From the human T2T-CHM13v2.0 reference genome, Homo sapiens, in assembly GCF_009914755.1 (NCBI RefSeq), contig NC_060925.1: a stretch of DNA of 64,000 nt; one strand, written 5' to 3'. The position numbers and the translations under genes are program-made. Below the pieces are notes generated by a model. That model worked only from the letters and a program-made list of their open reading frames with translations, was not told the DNA's origin and searched no databases. Positions 1 through 13,300 of the stretch are shown piece by piece. Numbering within the stretch: the first letter of the stretch is position 1; each line of letters starts with the position of its first letter.

Positions 1-2624
1 TGGAAGCACAGAGTGGGACCTGCCAAGTTTGTGGAGATACCTACTTGGGTTGGTTGGAAATAGGTAAGGGGGGAAGAAGGGGGAGAAAATAAAGACTTTC
101 CCTTTAAAACTGAACAGAAGCTGATACCAAATCACATGACCTTTTACCGTAATTTCTATTAAAATCATTTCATGTCTGGTTGCCTCTGCTCTCCTGGCTC
201 ATTTGTATTGTTTACAACAAGTCATTGCACTGGCAGTTAGTGGTGGCTGAATCCATGGTTACCCGTTTTTACATTCACTAGTTAAATGGAATGCAGCTCT
301 GCTGTGGGTTTCAGGGAGCAAGCTCTTAAGAAACCACAATCCAGCTATCAATCAGACTAATCTGAGAGAAATTAATCTCATAAACATAAGTATTGTTGCA
401 TATTAAAAATTGATAGAAAGGGGGCATGGGCTTTTATTGGTTGGAGTTAATTGGAGTTATGAAAGTGGACAAGCCGAGATTTGACTTAGAGCCTCAGAGT
501 GTTCAGTCTGTGGTCTCCATCTGACAGCCATTCACATTGTGCACCTAAAAAGCTTTCAAGGGTAATACGACCACCCTTGAAAACAAATCCACCACTTTCC
601 AAAATTCTGTGAGCATTTACTGACCTGAATGTTCTTAGAATCTAGGTAGTGGCTAAATACAGGTTTAACCAGACTGCAATCCTAGCGAAGTAACTTAAAC
701 AGATATATACAAGACAGTAAAACACCAAACAGACAGCACTGGGTAGGATTCAATTAAGACAAAACCTCAGTGGAATGCTCTTTACGAGTAAATTAAAACT
801 GCAAACTAATATGTTTTGAGAGCAAGAACAGTACAAATTCATTCTTTTGTCCATGAATTTATGTGGTTAATTCTTTAAAAACATTCCCCAAAGCTAACTT
901 GTTTCTCAAGATGGACATGACCAACAATTACAATTCCTAATAAAAATTTAGAAGTTTTATAGTTTAATGCCCACAGTAATTGTCCCACAAGTCACATCTA
1001 AATGCTAAATGAGAACAGCAAATAGTTAAAGCTAACATATTACAACCCCATCTACTGCAAAGTCACTGTATCAGAAGCTAGAATTGATTTGTTTCCTCAG
1101 AACAAATTGAAAATGAATGTAACATAACGTCGGAAAAATCCCTCCTGCACTGCTAATCGGATATTGTATAATGGTTGATTGCAGCTTTGCCCTGTACTAT
1201 TGCTGCCTAAATCATACATACTTACACGTTCTGGGTTCTTCCAAGAGTTTGGTGCAGTTTCAAGGACAAATGTCTTAAGGAAGCCTCTCTACTGTGCAGC
1301 AGGGAGCCTGGCTCGGATCTGATGACAAGAGCACAGTGCTAAATCTGACAACAGAGAAGGAAACTTCCTGTGTGAAGAGGAGATCTTGGAAAGTCTCAGG
1401 GTTAAAAAGGCTGCTTTAAATGTGCTGGTTGATTTGCTCCCTGGTTGTGTATACACAGTAGCAGCTGATCTGTATTTGCAGCCCTGCAGAAAGGAACCTT
1501 TACTGAAAACCAATGGCATCACATTTCAGCAGAGCTGGTGCCAAGTGCTGGAGAGCAGAGCAACCTTTGACAACTTCACACAATTCACCCCAGCAGACTC
1601 ACCACAGGTCAGAAAGGAATGTGGAAAGTATCTCCCCACCAGGTTTCATCTCAGGTATGTTAGCGCAGTCCCTGGGAAACCACACACTGTTACTGGCTGG
1701 ATTCTGACAACAGTGTAAGGTATTCTCGGGACTTATACGTAGTTCCTGTCTCTGCTGTCCTGACCTACAGTGTACTATATTTTAACAGAAGCTTTAAAAT
1801 GAATCAGGATTTTTTAAAATGCATTTCCCTCTGCTTCTTATAGAAACCTTTGTATGTAAGGTTCCTCTGTTTTTCCTCAGAAATAAACTGAGGACAAAAT
1901 AATGTAAGATCGGGTAGTCTGGTATCAACCTCTGCATTCTGTCTCCCAATGCAGAGGCTGGAGTTTTAACATTACTGTGTTGTCAGGGGCCATTTTAGTA
2001 TTGTTCTTTAGAAACTGGGGATGGCTGCAAAACTTCACTCCAACAGAACCAACTGTTGTAATGAGCTATAGAGATGTTAGGAACAGACAAGCAATGAAGA
2101 ACATGAAATATTCCACTGTTTAGCAGTGGAATCACCTTCTTTATTATCATCCTTAACATAGAAGAGAGTGAAAATTCTAGACCTTACCAACTGTAGTAGT
2201 GAAAGTTAAGACAGAGTAAGAGACAGAGAAAAAGAGAGAGACAGAGACAGAAGGTAAGGGCGGCTGCTAGTGGCAGTAACAAATTTAATTCAAGTCATTG
2301 GTTAACCACTTCATTAACTGTGAGTTCCTCACTGTCCTTCCTTTCTCTTCTGTCTCTATGACAAGTCCAGGTTATGGTATATTATATGGTATTTTTCACT
2401 ATTGTGCTTTTTACTTCAAAGGCCAGAAATCAGAACTGACAGTTTAACAAAAGACCATGTTAAATGTGTCAGGTAGCACGGGAGAATGTTCCCTTACTTA
2501 TCTGAAAGCCAGCCCAGGAGCTGCCTGGGCAATTGGTGAATTATCCAAGGTGTTTGCTTTTCATTTTGGCCACACTATTGTTTAGGAATAATGATAATTC
2601 CCTTACATCTGAGAGTCCACATAA

Positions 2625-2835
2625 TGTAATGAATAGACTCTGGGCTCTGGTGCCAAGTAGATCTAACTTCCTATCTCTACCACTTTCTACCTACATGAGG
2701 TTGGAGTTTGCTTAAAAATCTCCGAACTTCTGTTTCCTCATCTGTGAAATGGAGACACTATAACTACCATACACAATTTTTTGTGAAGTTTTAAAGAATA
2801 ACACATGTCAAGGGCTTACCACAGCGCCTGGCACG
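2625..2835 (+). mobile_element. MIR SINE (degenerate)
   Basis: MIR core 'tctgtttcctcatctgtgaaatgg' and 3' 'cagcgcctggcac'; boundaries approximate. Confidence 0.65.
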
Positions 2836-3628
2836 CATGCATTTACAAACATTTACTGAGCCTCCTCTCAGAGCCAGGCACAGTGCCAGACACTGGGGGC
2901 ACAAAGTCAATTAAGACATGGTCTCTACCCTCAAGTGCAGTTCCACAAGTGTTACATATTTCCTCCTTCCCTCCCATAATTTGTGCAGTCTCTGTTTAAA
3001 TGCTCTGTTTCATCTGATCCTTCCAACAGTCCTATGAGATAGATGAAGCTACACCCAGTTTACTAATGGGAAAACTTTGGCTTGAAAGTGAGGGTCACAC
3101 AGCTGGTAAATTGCAGCCTAAACATCAATCCAAGCTTTCTGATTCTGTCAAGTTCTCTTTAAGATATATATAAATATATATGAATTGACCACATAGCATT
3201 CATATTTTGCATTATTAGATATTATACTTGCTATCTTCACAGTGTCACGTATACATATAATGCACTTCCCTGCAGGTAGCATACGTCCCTTAAAGAGAGG
3301 TACTATATCTTAAAATTACTTTATATTCTCAAACAGGCTTAGCATGATGTTAAAGATATTACCTGTTTAATAAATTTTCCTAAATTGAAAAAAACTCAAG
3401 TTGGGTCAATTTTACTACCCAAAATCGTCCTCACAGAAAGCTGGAATCCTTCAATAAATGATGGTTTGGAGGTTATATGTGGCCTTCCAGTGCTCATGCT
3501 GTCTATGTCATTACTTCCAACTCATTATATACATGTCAAAGTTCTTAACACTGACTCATCATCAAACTCCCTGAAGATTGTTTTCTTCATTTGTTTAGCA
3601 CGTATCCCGTACACTGTAGCCCTGATGA

Positions 3629-4064
<436 letters not shown>

Positions 4065-4290
4065 CCAGTTTCTAGGTTTAACAGTTCACAAAAGTGTAGA
4101 GTTTTGTTGATCATTATCTTATAAATCAGAGCACAGTATCCAGCAATCTTGGGTAGAGTTTGCTTTTTATACATATATAATCTGTACAACAGCTCAAATT
4201 TCTTAAATAATTATTGATCTACTGCTTCATTTTATGCATTAAAATGTAACCCATTTCTGATGGAAGGGTTGATTAGATATTTATCAGTGA

Positions 4291-4620
<330 letters not shown>

Positions 4621-4696
4621 AAAAATATTCCTAAAAGACATATGTATGGTATCTAGAACTTGGATTTCAACGAATGTATTACATTCATTAGTTCTT

Positions 4697-4837
4697 TTTG
4701 TTTGGTTGGTTGGCATTTTTTAGAGATGGAGCCTTGCTATGTTGCCCAGGCAGATCCCACCTCCAGGCCTCAAATAATCATCAAGACTTACCCTCCCAAG
4801 TAGCTGGGATTACAGGTGTAAGCCACAGCACCCAGCA
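4697..4837 (-). mobile_element. Alu monomer (FLAM-like)
   Basis: 'agagatggagccttgctatgttgcccagg...gattacaggtgtaagccacagcacccagc'. Confidence 0.8.
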
Positions 4838-7800
4838 CTTACTATGTGCATTAGTTCTAATCTTGTACCCTGGGCATATTTTAAAATAGAATTTATAATA
4901 CTATTTCTAAGTATTTACTACCAAACAATGATTCCTCCAGCCTTAACAAAAATCCAGGAAATTTTGATTAATAGCAACGTCATGGCAAAAGTGCCAATGA
5001 CAGGCGATATTTGAGATAAAGAACACAATTACTGAATACATTTTTTTTGTTTCCAAAGTCAGTCACTTGTTTGTTTAGACAAGCTGTGGCCATCTGTAAG
5101 GGAAAGTAAATATGCTCAAGCACTGGCACTGCATACGTGAGAATTGTCAGTCTCACTACCATCTTCGATGTCCAGCTGCCCAGCTGCCCTGCAACTACTT
5201 CAGGGAGAAACTAGCAGGTGCCCAGCAACTACTTCCTGCTTCCTCCCTGAAGTAATATGTAAAGTACCAACCACAATGCTTGTTCTACAGTAGACAAGAA
5301 ATGTACCAACCGAAGACCACTCTGGAGCTGAGCAAATTCACCTCAGAATGGCCAGATCTGTTCAGCACAGAGAACTGGTGGACCCAGTGACTCTTCTTCA
5401 CCACCTGAAACCAAGTAACTTTACCATTTATAAGCACTTTTATAGCCAAGAGTCTAACTCAACTCTCATATCCATCTTGAGAAGCAGATGCTTTTATTAT
5501 TCACATTTTTATAATTATAAAGGTTCAAAGAATTAAAATTAAATAATTTCTCAAAATCATACGGCAATAAGTGATCCAGTAGAGATTTTGAAATGAGAGC
5601 TCTAATTCCAAAGCCTTTTCTCATAACACACTGTCCTTTCCCTTCAGGGGATACGTGCACACACTAGTTTGCCTCTTTTTCCTTTTGGCTTCACATCTCA
5701 CAGCTCAGTTAAGTACAGACAAGGCTATTCCCCACCCTTATCCCCATCCCTCACCCCCACCCCACACACACACACCTCACCCTCTTCTTCATCCAACTGC
5801 TTCCGTTTTTCCTTCTCTCACAACTTGGCCAACTACTTCAGAGAATAGCTTTTTTTCTATCTCCATTTTTCCTCACTCCCCCTGTTCAATGAATTTAGGT
5901 GTTAAAAGCCATATCTTATCACAAGTGATAAACTTAGAAGTACTGCTAATATTTCAGTATATCAGGGAAAGAAAAGCCATATACTTTGCAACCAGCCTCA
6001 AAGAGTCCTGAAAGTTTCTAAGAATCCCTTTCAGATACTCTGCAATCATTTCTGTCTCTTTTAAACTTCCTGTTATATGTGCTTTCTTTTAAACACCAAC
6101 CATCGCAAGTCTAGATAAATGATAAACTCTCATTCTGTTTTACTGCCTTTGTATTATGCTTATCACTTGTATCATAATAGAACTGTTCTTTACATTTTGT
6201 TCATCACTGATAATACACTATTTCACTCCAATAAGCAACAAAGGGCTTGTATGGTCTAGCCTAGGAAACTAATCAGAATTTAAGATTGTTTTCTGCAAGA
6301 CCAAAAAAACAAAGTGTTTTAAATATCTACTAATTGGTTTACAATGGAAAAATTTTAATGCAAACCAGACTCTAAATTTCATGAGGCTTTCATTCGAAAC
6401 CACAGATACTGAGCTCATTTACTACTCGGTATACTAATATTTCTAGTCATGGCGTAGGGCCATACTTAAGTAAATAGTTAGTTTATAGAAAGGAAATAAA
6501 TAGGCTTATGATTAATTGATTGATCATTATCAATCATGCACTAAACTCAGAATCGCAGGGGTGAAGTAAGTTGGAGACCATGGAGTCAAACCCCTTCATT
6601 TTAGAAATGAAGAAACAAAGGTTCACTACTGCCCTCTGATGAAGTGGGTAACTAGCTCATACTACAAACCCAGCTTAGCACCATTTCGAGTGACCTTTAG
6701 CTGAGGACTGACATCTGCTAGTATGCACATTAGCTACAAAGAGCACAGTTCTAACTTTGAAGGTGATTGGGCCAAAGCATCATCAGGTATTATATCCCAA
6801 TTCTGCAACCTTAGGAAAATAAATGTTCATACTAAATAGAAAATGAATTTCTAATAACTGAATTAAACTGTTCATCTAAATAGCCAACTTCAGATTTCTC
6901 TCCACACATAATAACTTGGAAAAATATATAGCCCATGTTTACTATAGTACTATAGCTACAGTCTCTAAGAAAAGCTATAACTTGCTAACAATTTTCCTGA
7001 TTTATGTTTGAAAACATACAGGGCATGAAATGATTTCTGCAACCTTACATTTTCCTCAAGAACACTGGTGAGCAGAAGATATATTCCAAAAATCACGTGG
7101 GATTGCTTGCTACATCTACTTCTTTCATAGAAATGTATGATAAGCAATTATACATGCTCCACCAAAAAAAGTCATTAGGTTTTTTTCCCCATTAAGGGAG
7201 GAAAGAAGAAAAATGGAAGAATGGATTAAAAAAAAAAAAAACGAGAAACAGGAAAGAAAGAGGAAGGAAGGGAGGGAACTCTGACAATAGGATCTATTTT
7301 CAAATAATGTTTACAATGTAAAAACTGATTGCCTCCTTAAGGAAGAAAGTGCAATAAATATTCTTCTAAAGAACAGCTTGTAGATAATGTATGGTTATAA
7401 ACTGTAACTCACTATACAAATGTTAGTTATTCTTGTTGTGAGTATTTTACATATATGGAAATTTGCTTACAACCTATAAGTGTGCTAATAAAAATAGGTA
7501 TTTGTGAATATAAATTACACTGGTCATAAAATCAGACTTATTAATCTAATATATCTTAGAATGAGACCAAACTTAAATGAGCCACTCTATAACGTAGATA
7601 TCTGGAAATATGGTTTATCCTATTCCATTAGTATCTATCAGAATAGGAATGCAAAAGTTTTGCTATACTTCACATAATGTTGGCAACCTGAATTTAAATC
7701 TTCAAACTAGTAAACAATCACTGTCAGGCATGCATATTGTCCAAGTTAAAAAAAATTTGTTTGTATAGGGAAAGTAAAATGAGCAAATTCATTTGTTAAC

Positions 7801-8556
7801 ATCCTTTTAAGTGTCCAGGTTATTTATTTTAGCAGATACACCATAAGAAACAGCCATATAAATAAATAAAATATCTTTGACTCCCCAGTATCTTGCATGT
7901 TACCACAGGTACTCCAAACACACTCAACCTTTTTTGTGTGTGTGATAACTATGATCATTACCTTGTTTAAATGAACAAAGTATCCTTCATAATAAAAATG
8001 TAAATAAAGGCCTGATTTAAAACTATAAATGATTATTCTTCACAACTATAGGTATTATCAAGCATAATATTATAAATATACTAATAAACATCTGTATATG
8101 GTATACATGTCCAAGAGGAACGGGAGATGAGATTTATCCCCAATACAGTGCAGGGGGCAAGCTAAGGAGAGAGTGGCCTTTCACAATGGGTTGTGAATCA
8201 ACCCATTACAACATGGGTTGTAAATGAATGGTATCTAACCTCCAAGAAAAAGAAAACTTCCTTCTCTGTGTGAGAGACATAAAGAGTTGCAATAATTTCA
8301 CAGAAATTTTTATCAGGAACATACTACCAAGAATTTTTGCTTCAAGGTTTGCAATAATTTTTCTAGTTCTCTGAACCATAAGGCTGTGTGTATTGACCTT
8401 CTATTTCAAAAAGCTGTGTTACTTTCTGCAATCATCTCTTAAAAGAAGGCCCCGTGGGGCTCTGGCTCTCCCTTTTGGCACCACCACTAATTCCAATACA
8501 AACGTCGTATTATAGATTAGGTTCAAAATTATCTAAAGATTGTTCTGGAGAAAGAT

Positions 8557-8897
<341 letters not shown>

Positions 8898-11501
8898 GAG
8901 AAAGATCTTTAAACTCTCCTACAGCACCACACGCTCATCCACTAGCATGAGAGGGTGAGAACACATAGAACTTACTTATAATTCTTTGCTCTGATTCCTA
9001 AAGCCTACTTACTCTACTGGGATGGCAGTGCCAACCTAAAAACTGAATTGCAAAGCCGTATGATTTCACAGCTTTAACAAACTGACAACAAAGTGACAAG
9101 AGAAAACTTCTTCCTTTGCACAAGAAGTCCCGGTACATTATTTTGACTTTATGAAGATATTTTAAATGAATTTTTAAAAATCACAATATTATGAAACTTG
9201 ATAATCATTACTTCAAAACGACAGACTCTATTGTTCATGGAAAAATTTTCAGTTGGTTTTATCATACCCGTGGTTCAATTGAAAGATTCACCAACTGCTC
9301 CCTGGAGAAAAGAGAAGATCTGCATTTAAATGGATATATAGTATTTCCAAAAGCACAGTACCTAGAAGGCAGATACCATCAAGGTTTCTTAGTGAGAATA
9401 ACTCAAATTGTATTAGGTACATTTCAATGCTGTAGCTATCCCCATTTCATAGGGCTCAAATTATATCCATAACATGCTTTTTCCTCTGTGCATTCTTCAT
9501 AATATTGTCTTGAAAAGTTTAAATTAAAGCTTGCTCCATCACAAAGTCCTCGCACTAACAACAAACAACTACTACTGTACGCATCATTTCTGATGTGTAC
9601 AGAAAAAGACCACAGAAGATAGCTTGGCCAGAAATGTTAAATAATTGAAAAGTATAATGACTTAATAGAGTAGTAAGCTTAGTTTACAATGCAGCCAATT
9701 TAAAGCCATAAAAATACCGTGTAAAAATTTTATCTTGTGGTTGACCATTACATAACCTATCTATTATTCAAAAGTATCTCAACAGTGTTTTTCTTCATTA
9801 ATGTGGCTTTTGGCATTTCCCTCAAAATCTTTCTATTCCCACATTTTTCCAACAATTTTGAAACAAATACAGAATTTCTATATTATATCACAAATCCCCT
9901 TTACTAGGATAATGACACCTTCGGTGTCTAATTGAAACCAATTTCATAGATCAATCTGTAAGGCATACTTTAACCTCCTTGGATATGATTTGTTTTGCAT
10001 CTAACAGAGTCAAACACACAAGACATTTTTTTTTTAAAAGACTAAAGCTACTTGTATTGACACATCTGTAAACAAAAGGAGAACTTCATAAATAACCCCC
10101 TTTCCAATGACACACTCATCCAAGGATTTGTCTGCATTAGAAAATGTCATAGGGCATCAGAAAAGTTTTCTCTTGAGTATTCAGGTAAGGTGCATAGCAT
10201 GTCTGTGCAGAAGAAAAAAGAGACACTTAGGATCCATTTCAAACATAAGCCCATTACCTCTGGCGGGCTTTCGCTAAAATTCTAGCTGCAACTGAAATGT
10301 CCCTGTAAACAAGGTTACTGAGAACAGCCCCAGATATTCCTCTCAGCAACACTTTCCTAGGAGCCCTTCAGCTGTCTGCCGGGTTAGTTATACCTTATCT
10401 TGCTGCACTGCCATTCTCATGCTGATTCACATTCAGAACTCAAAATGAAAGCTGAAATATCTTGAAGATCACTTAATATTGAAATACTGTTGCGGTAATA
10501 AGTGGTGCTCAGTCAGAGATGGGAACATGGTACTCTCTTGGTAACCTTTTAATTTCTGGAAAAATTGTACAGAATAAATTGAGCAGCACACACGGAAACC
10601 TAATCGATTGATCTGCTCTATTTTGTTAAAGCAACACCCATCACAAACTCCCCTGGCTCCCCAGGCAATTCCCGGTAAAGAAGACCAGCAGGTTTCAGTA
10701 TATACCATGCACGAGGACTTTGATGCTATTTTGATTTATTAAAGAAAGGGAACAATCTTCTATCTCCATTCATCACCCCAGTCAATGGACAGTTTTATGT
10801 GCTATGTGATACCATTCTCGATATACACACGTTTAATTCTACTTAATGCGAGTTTAAAGAGTTATGAGAATTGCTTTAGTAAGAATAACAAAGCCATGCG
10901 TAACAGACAAATGTACGCTTAAATGATCATCCAGGCCTGCTTCCTTATATACTTGATTCTTTTTCTATTTGAAGGAGATGAAACCTCATCAATGTCACTT
11001 CGTCTCCATCAGTGTTTTCATGTCTCTTCTTCCTGTCAGGCATTCCTCAGCTCGGGATTTGAGAAATGTTCAAATTTCCCTCTATTTCCCACAATGACAG
11101 AACTGTTTCTCAGGTTGGTTAACTCATTTTGACAACATCAAATCTGCTGGACAGGAAAAAAAAAAAAGAGAGAGAACCCTGAAACCACTCCTCAATCCCA
11201 TTTTTCTGTCTTTTTCTCTAAGACATTTCCGACTCTTTTTCTCTCGCCTGCTGCTTCTGAATTTGGGCATTTTCCAAACACACTCCCCTATTTGGTCTTT
11301 GGGCAGTGTGAGAAACAAATGAGAGTTTCTCTTCAAAACTAGACCAAGTCATTCAGCTGCTCTGAAACATACTTCACAACATCCGCAGGTCTCTTGATCT
11401 TGACTTAAAGTATTAAGCAGGAGTGTTTTGAAAGTAGTAGGAGGTCATATGGACCTAACAGCTTCTCTTAACCCACATGCTGAGAATTTCTTTTTTTCCT
11501 G

Positions 11502-11503
<2 letters not shown>

Positions 11504-11535
<32 letters not shown>

Positions 11536-11551
11536 AGAGAGAGAGAGAGAG
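11504..11551. repeat. T31 followed by (GA)8 simple repeat
   Basis: Read directly from the sequence. Confidence 0.95.
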
Positions 11552-12649
11552 TGCTATTTTCAACATTGCCCTCTGGTTTATGTTAGTGAAATCATTTGCT
11601 TTCTGTGTGTGTCTGTGTCTTATTGCATGGCCACTGGTTCTGGTACTACAACACAAACATAGCAAACGTGCTTCCCTAACATAAGCAGACCCATGTGGCA
11701 ATTCACAACATAACCGAGACAAGCACAATAAATAAACACATACATAATCATTCCACAGCACTGAGGCAGGCGGGGGTTTCTACAGGCCCTTCCGGACTCT
11801 TCCAGAATTGCTCATTAAGATTCTGAAAGGGGGAGAGGGTGCAGCTTGGAAAAGGTTGCCGGAAGGGAAAAGAAAGGGAGGAGGGGAGCTTTGCCCTCTG
11901 TGTCTTTCTGTCTCTGAGACTCTCCCATCACCAAACAAGGGGTGCAGGGGTCTATCCTGCAGAGGCTCTAACAGACTTGAGGGGTAGAAGGAGGTAGATG
12001 GTTTAAAATAGTTAAATGATGATCGGGTGACCTCCGTGCAACTTCAGCGACTCCCTCGGGAAGGTGAAAGGGTTGGGGAGAGAGAAGGGAGGGAAAGCAG
12101 CGTAGAGGACAGGAGGGAGACACCTAGGACTACAGCAGCAGCAATCACCAGAAGGATTTTCCAGCCCATGACAGCAGTCCTCAACTCCTGGCACCACCCT
12201 CTCCCCCAACGACCCCTGCTCCATATCCCCTCACCCTAACCCCTCCCCTCCCAGCGCCCTAACTCTGCCCTCACTCTTTGCCACTTTACCAAGCACTGAA
12301 GTCTCTATCCAGGAAGGGGGATGGGAGGGGTGTTTAAAGAACAAATCTAATTGCAATTAGAATTCATCTGTGTCTCCAGCACACACGCTCACAGTTTTGC
12401 AGTCATGGTAAGGCAAGTCTACAAGAGGTGGGCAGTACTTATGGTTGTGTTATTCAGGGAGGGGTTGCTTTTTTTTTTTTTTCCAAGAGACTATAAGCAA
12501 GTGAAGGGGGAAGGGGGTAGCAATCTAGATTTCAACCAGGACTGCAAATAAAGAATGCCCCAGATGCAAATGTCTGTCTCCAGATGTTGATGATAAGGAT
12601 TTGGACCAGTTACCTTGGCAGGGTCAGAACTGCAGCAGGTTAATCAGGT

Positions 12650-13300
12650 GAGTCGTCGGGGATTTTAAAGAAGCCGAAGCCGGTTTCTTTGGCTATGAAA
12701 GTCTACAAAACCCCCATGCAGGAACATTGCACATCTTACACACGCCTCCTTTAACTGGGCTCCCGCGACCTCGGCAGGCGAGGGGGTGCTGGCCGGCCCT
12801 CCGGTGGCAAGGGCACGGCCCCCCGCTCTGCCCCCGCGGGCGCGGGGCCGGCCTGGCACCCGGGGTCCGCGTCCCGAGCGGCTGTGCACTCACCGAGCCG
12901 GGCTGCGAGGGGCAGAGGGGCGCCCACGGCTAGCCGGAGCGCCAAGGCGCCTCCCTTTTCTCTTGGTAGCGTCGGTCCGCACTCCCTGTGACCCAGGACG
13001 TCATGATGCCTGTCTGTTTTCTCAATGATAACTTGGCAGAAGAAGAGAGAGGCTGCCAGGTTCTCCTCGGGTGGTTACGTGGTATGTGCACGATTCTGTT
13101 TGCATGCGTTTCTCTTTTTAAAAATAAATATCTATATTTTTCTAAAAAAAATTCCCGGCACTGTCATGATTTGATTGCATTATTGCGTTTGCATAATTGA
13201 CGCCTCTGGGTGTGTATATATGTGTGCATATGCGTGTGATTTTTTTCCCCTTTAAATCCTGCTGCTCCTGCCGCCGCCGCAGCCGCTGCAAACGGAAAGC
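12650..13300. promoter_or_regulatory. Orphan CpG island (candidate enhancer or promoter)
   Basis: Dense CpG/GC core at 12760-12990 with further CpGs to ~13650 in a CpG-depleted background; no recognisable coding exon attached. Confidence 0.8.

Noticed and set aside
1386-1718. 110-aa ORF in unique sequence
   Set aside because: TTG start, no recognisable domain and no supporting gene structure
6509-6536. TGATTAAT plus inverted TGATTGAT/ATCAATCA
   Set aside because: Low-complexity AT-rich sequence at a probable old repeat tail; no independent support
9914-9928. gacacc-ttc-ggtgtc hairpin with an apparent UUCG loop
   Set aside because: The 6-bp stem closes a 3-nt loop; the C(UUCG)G register does not extend, so chance is likely
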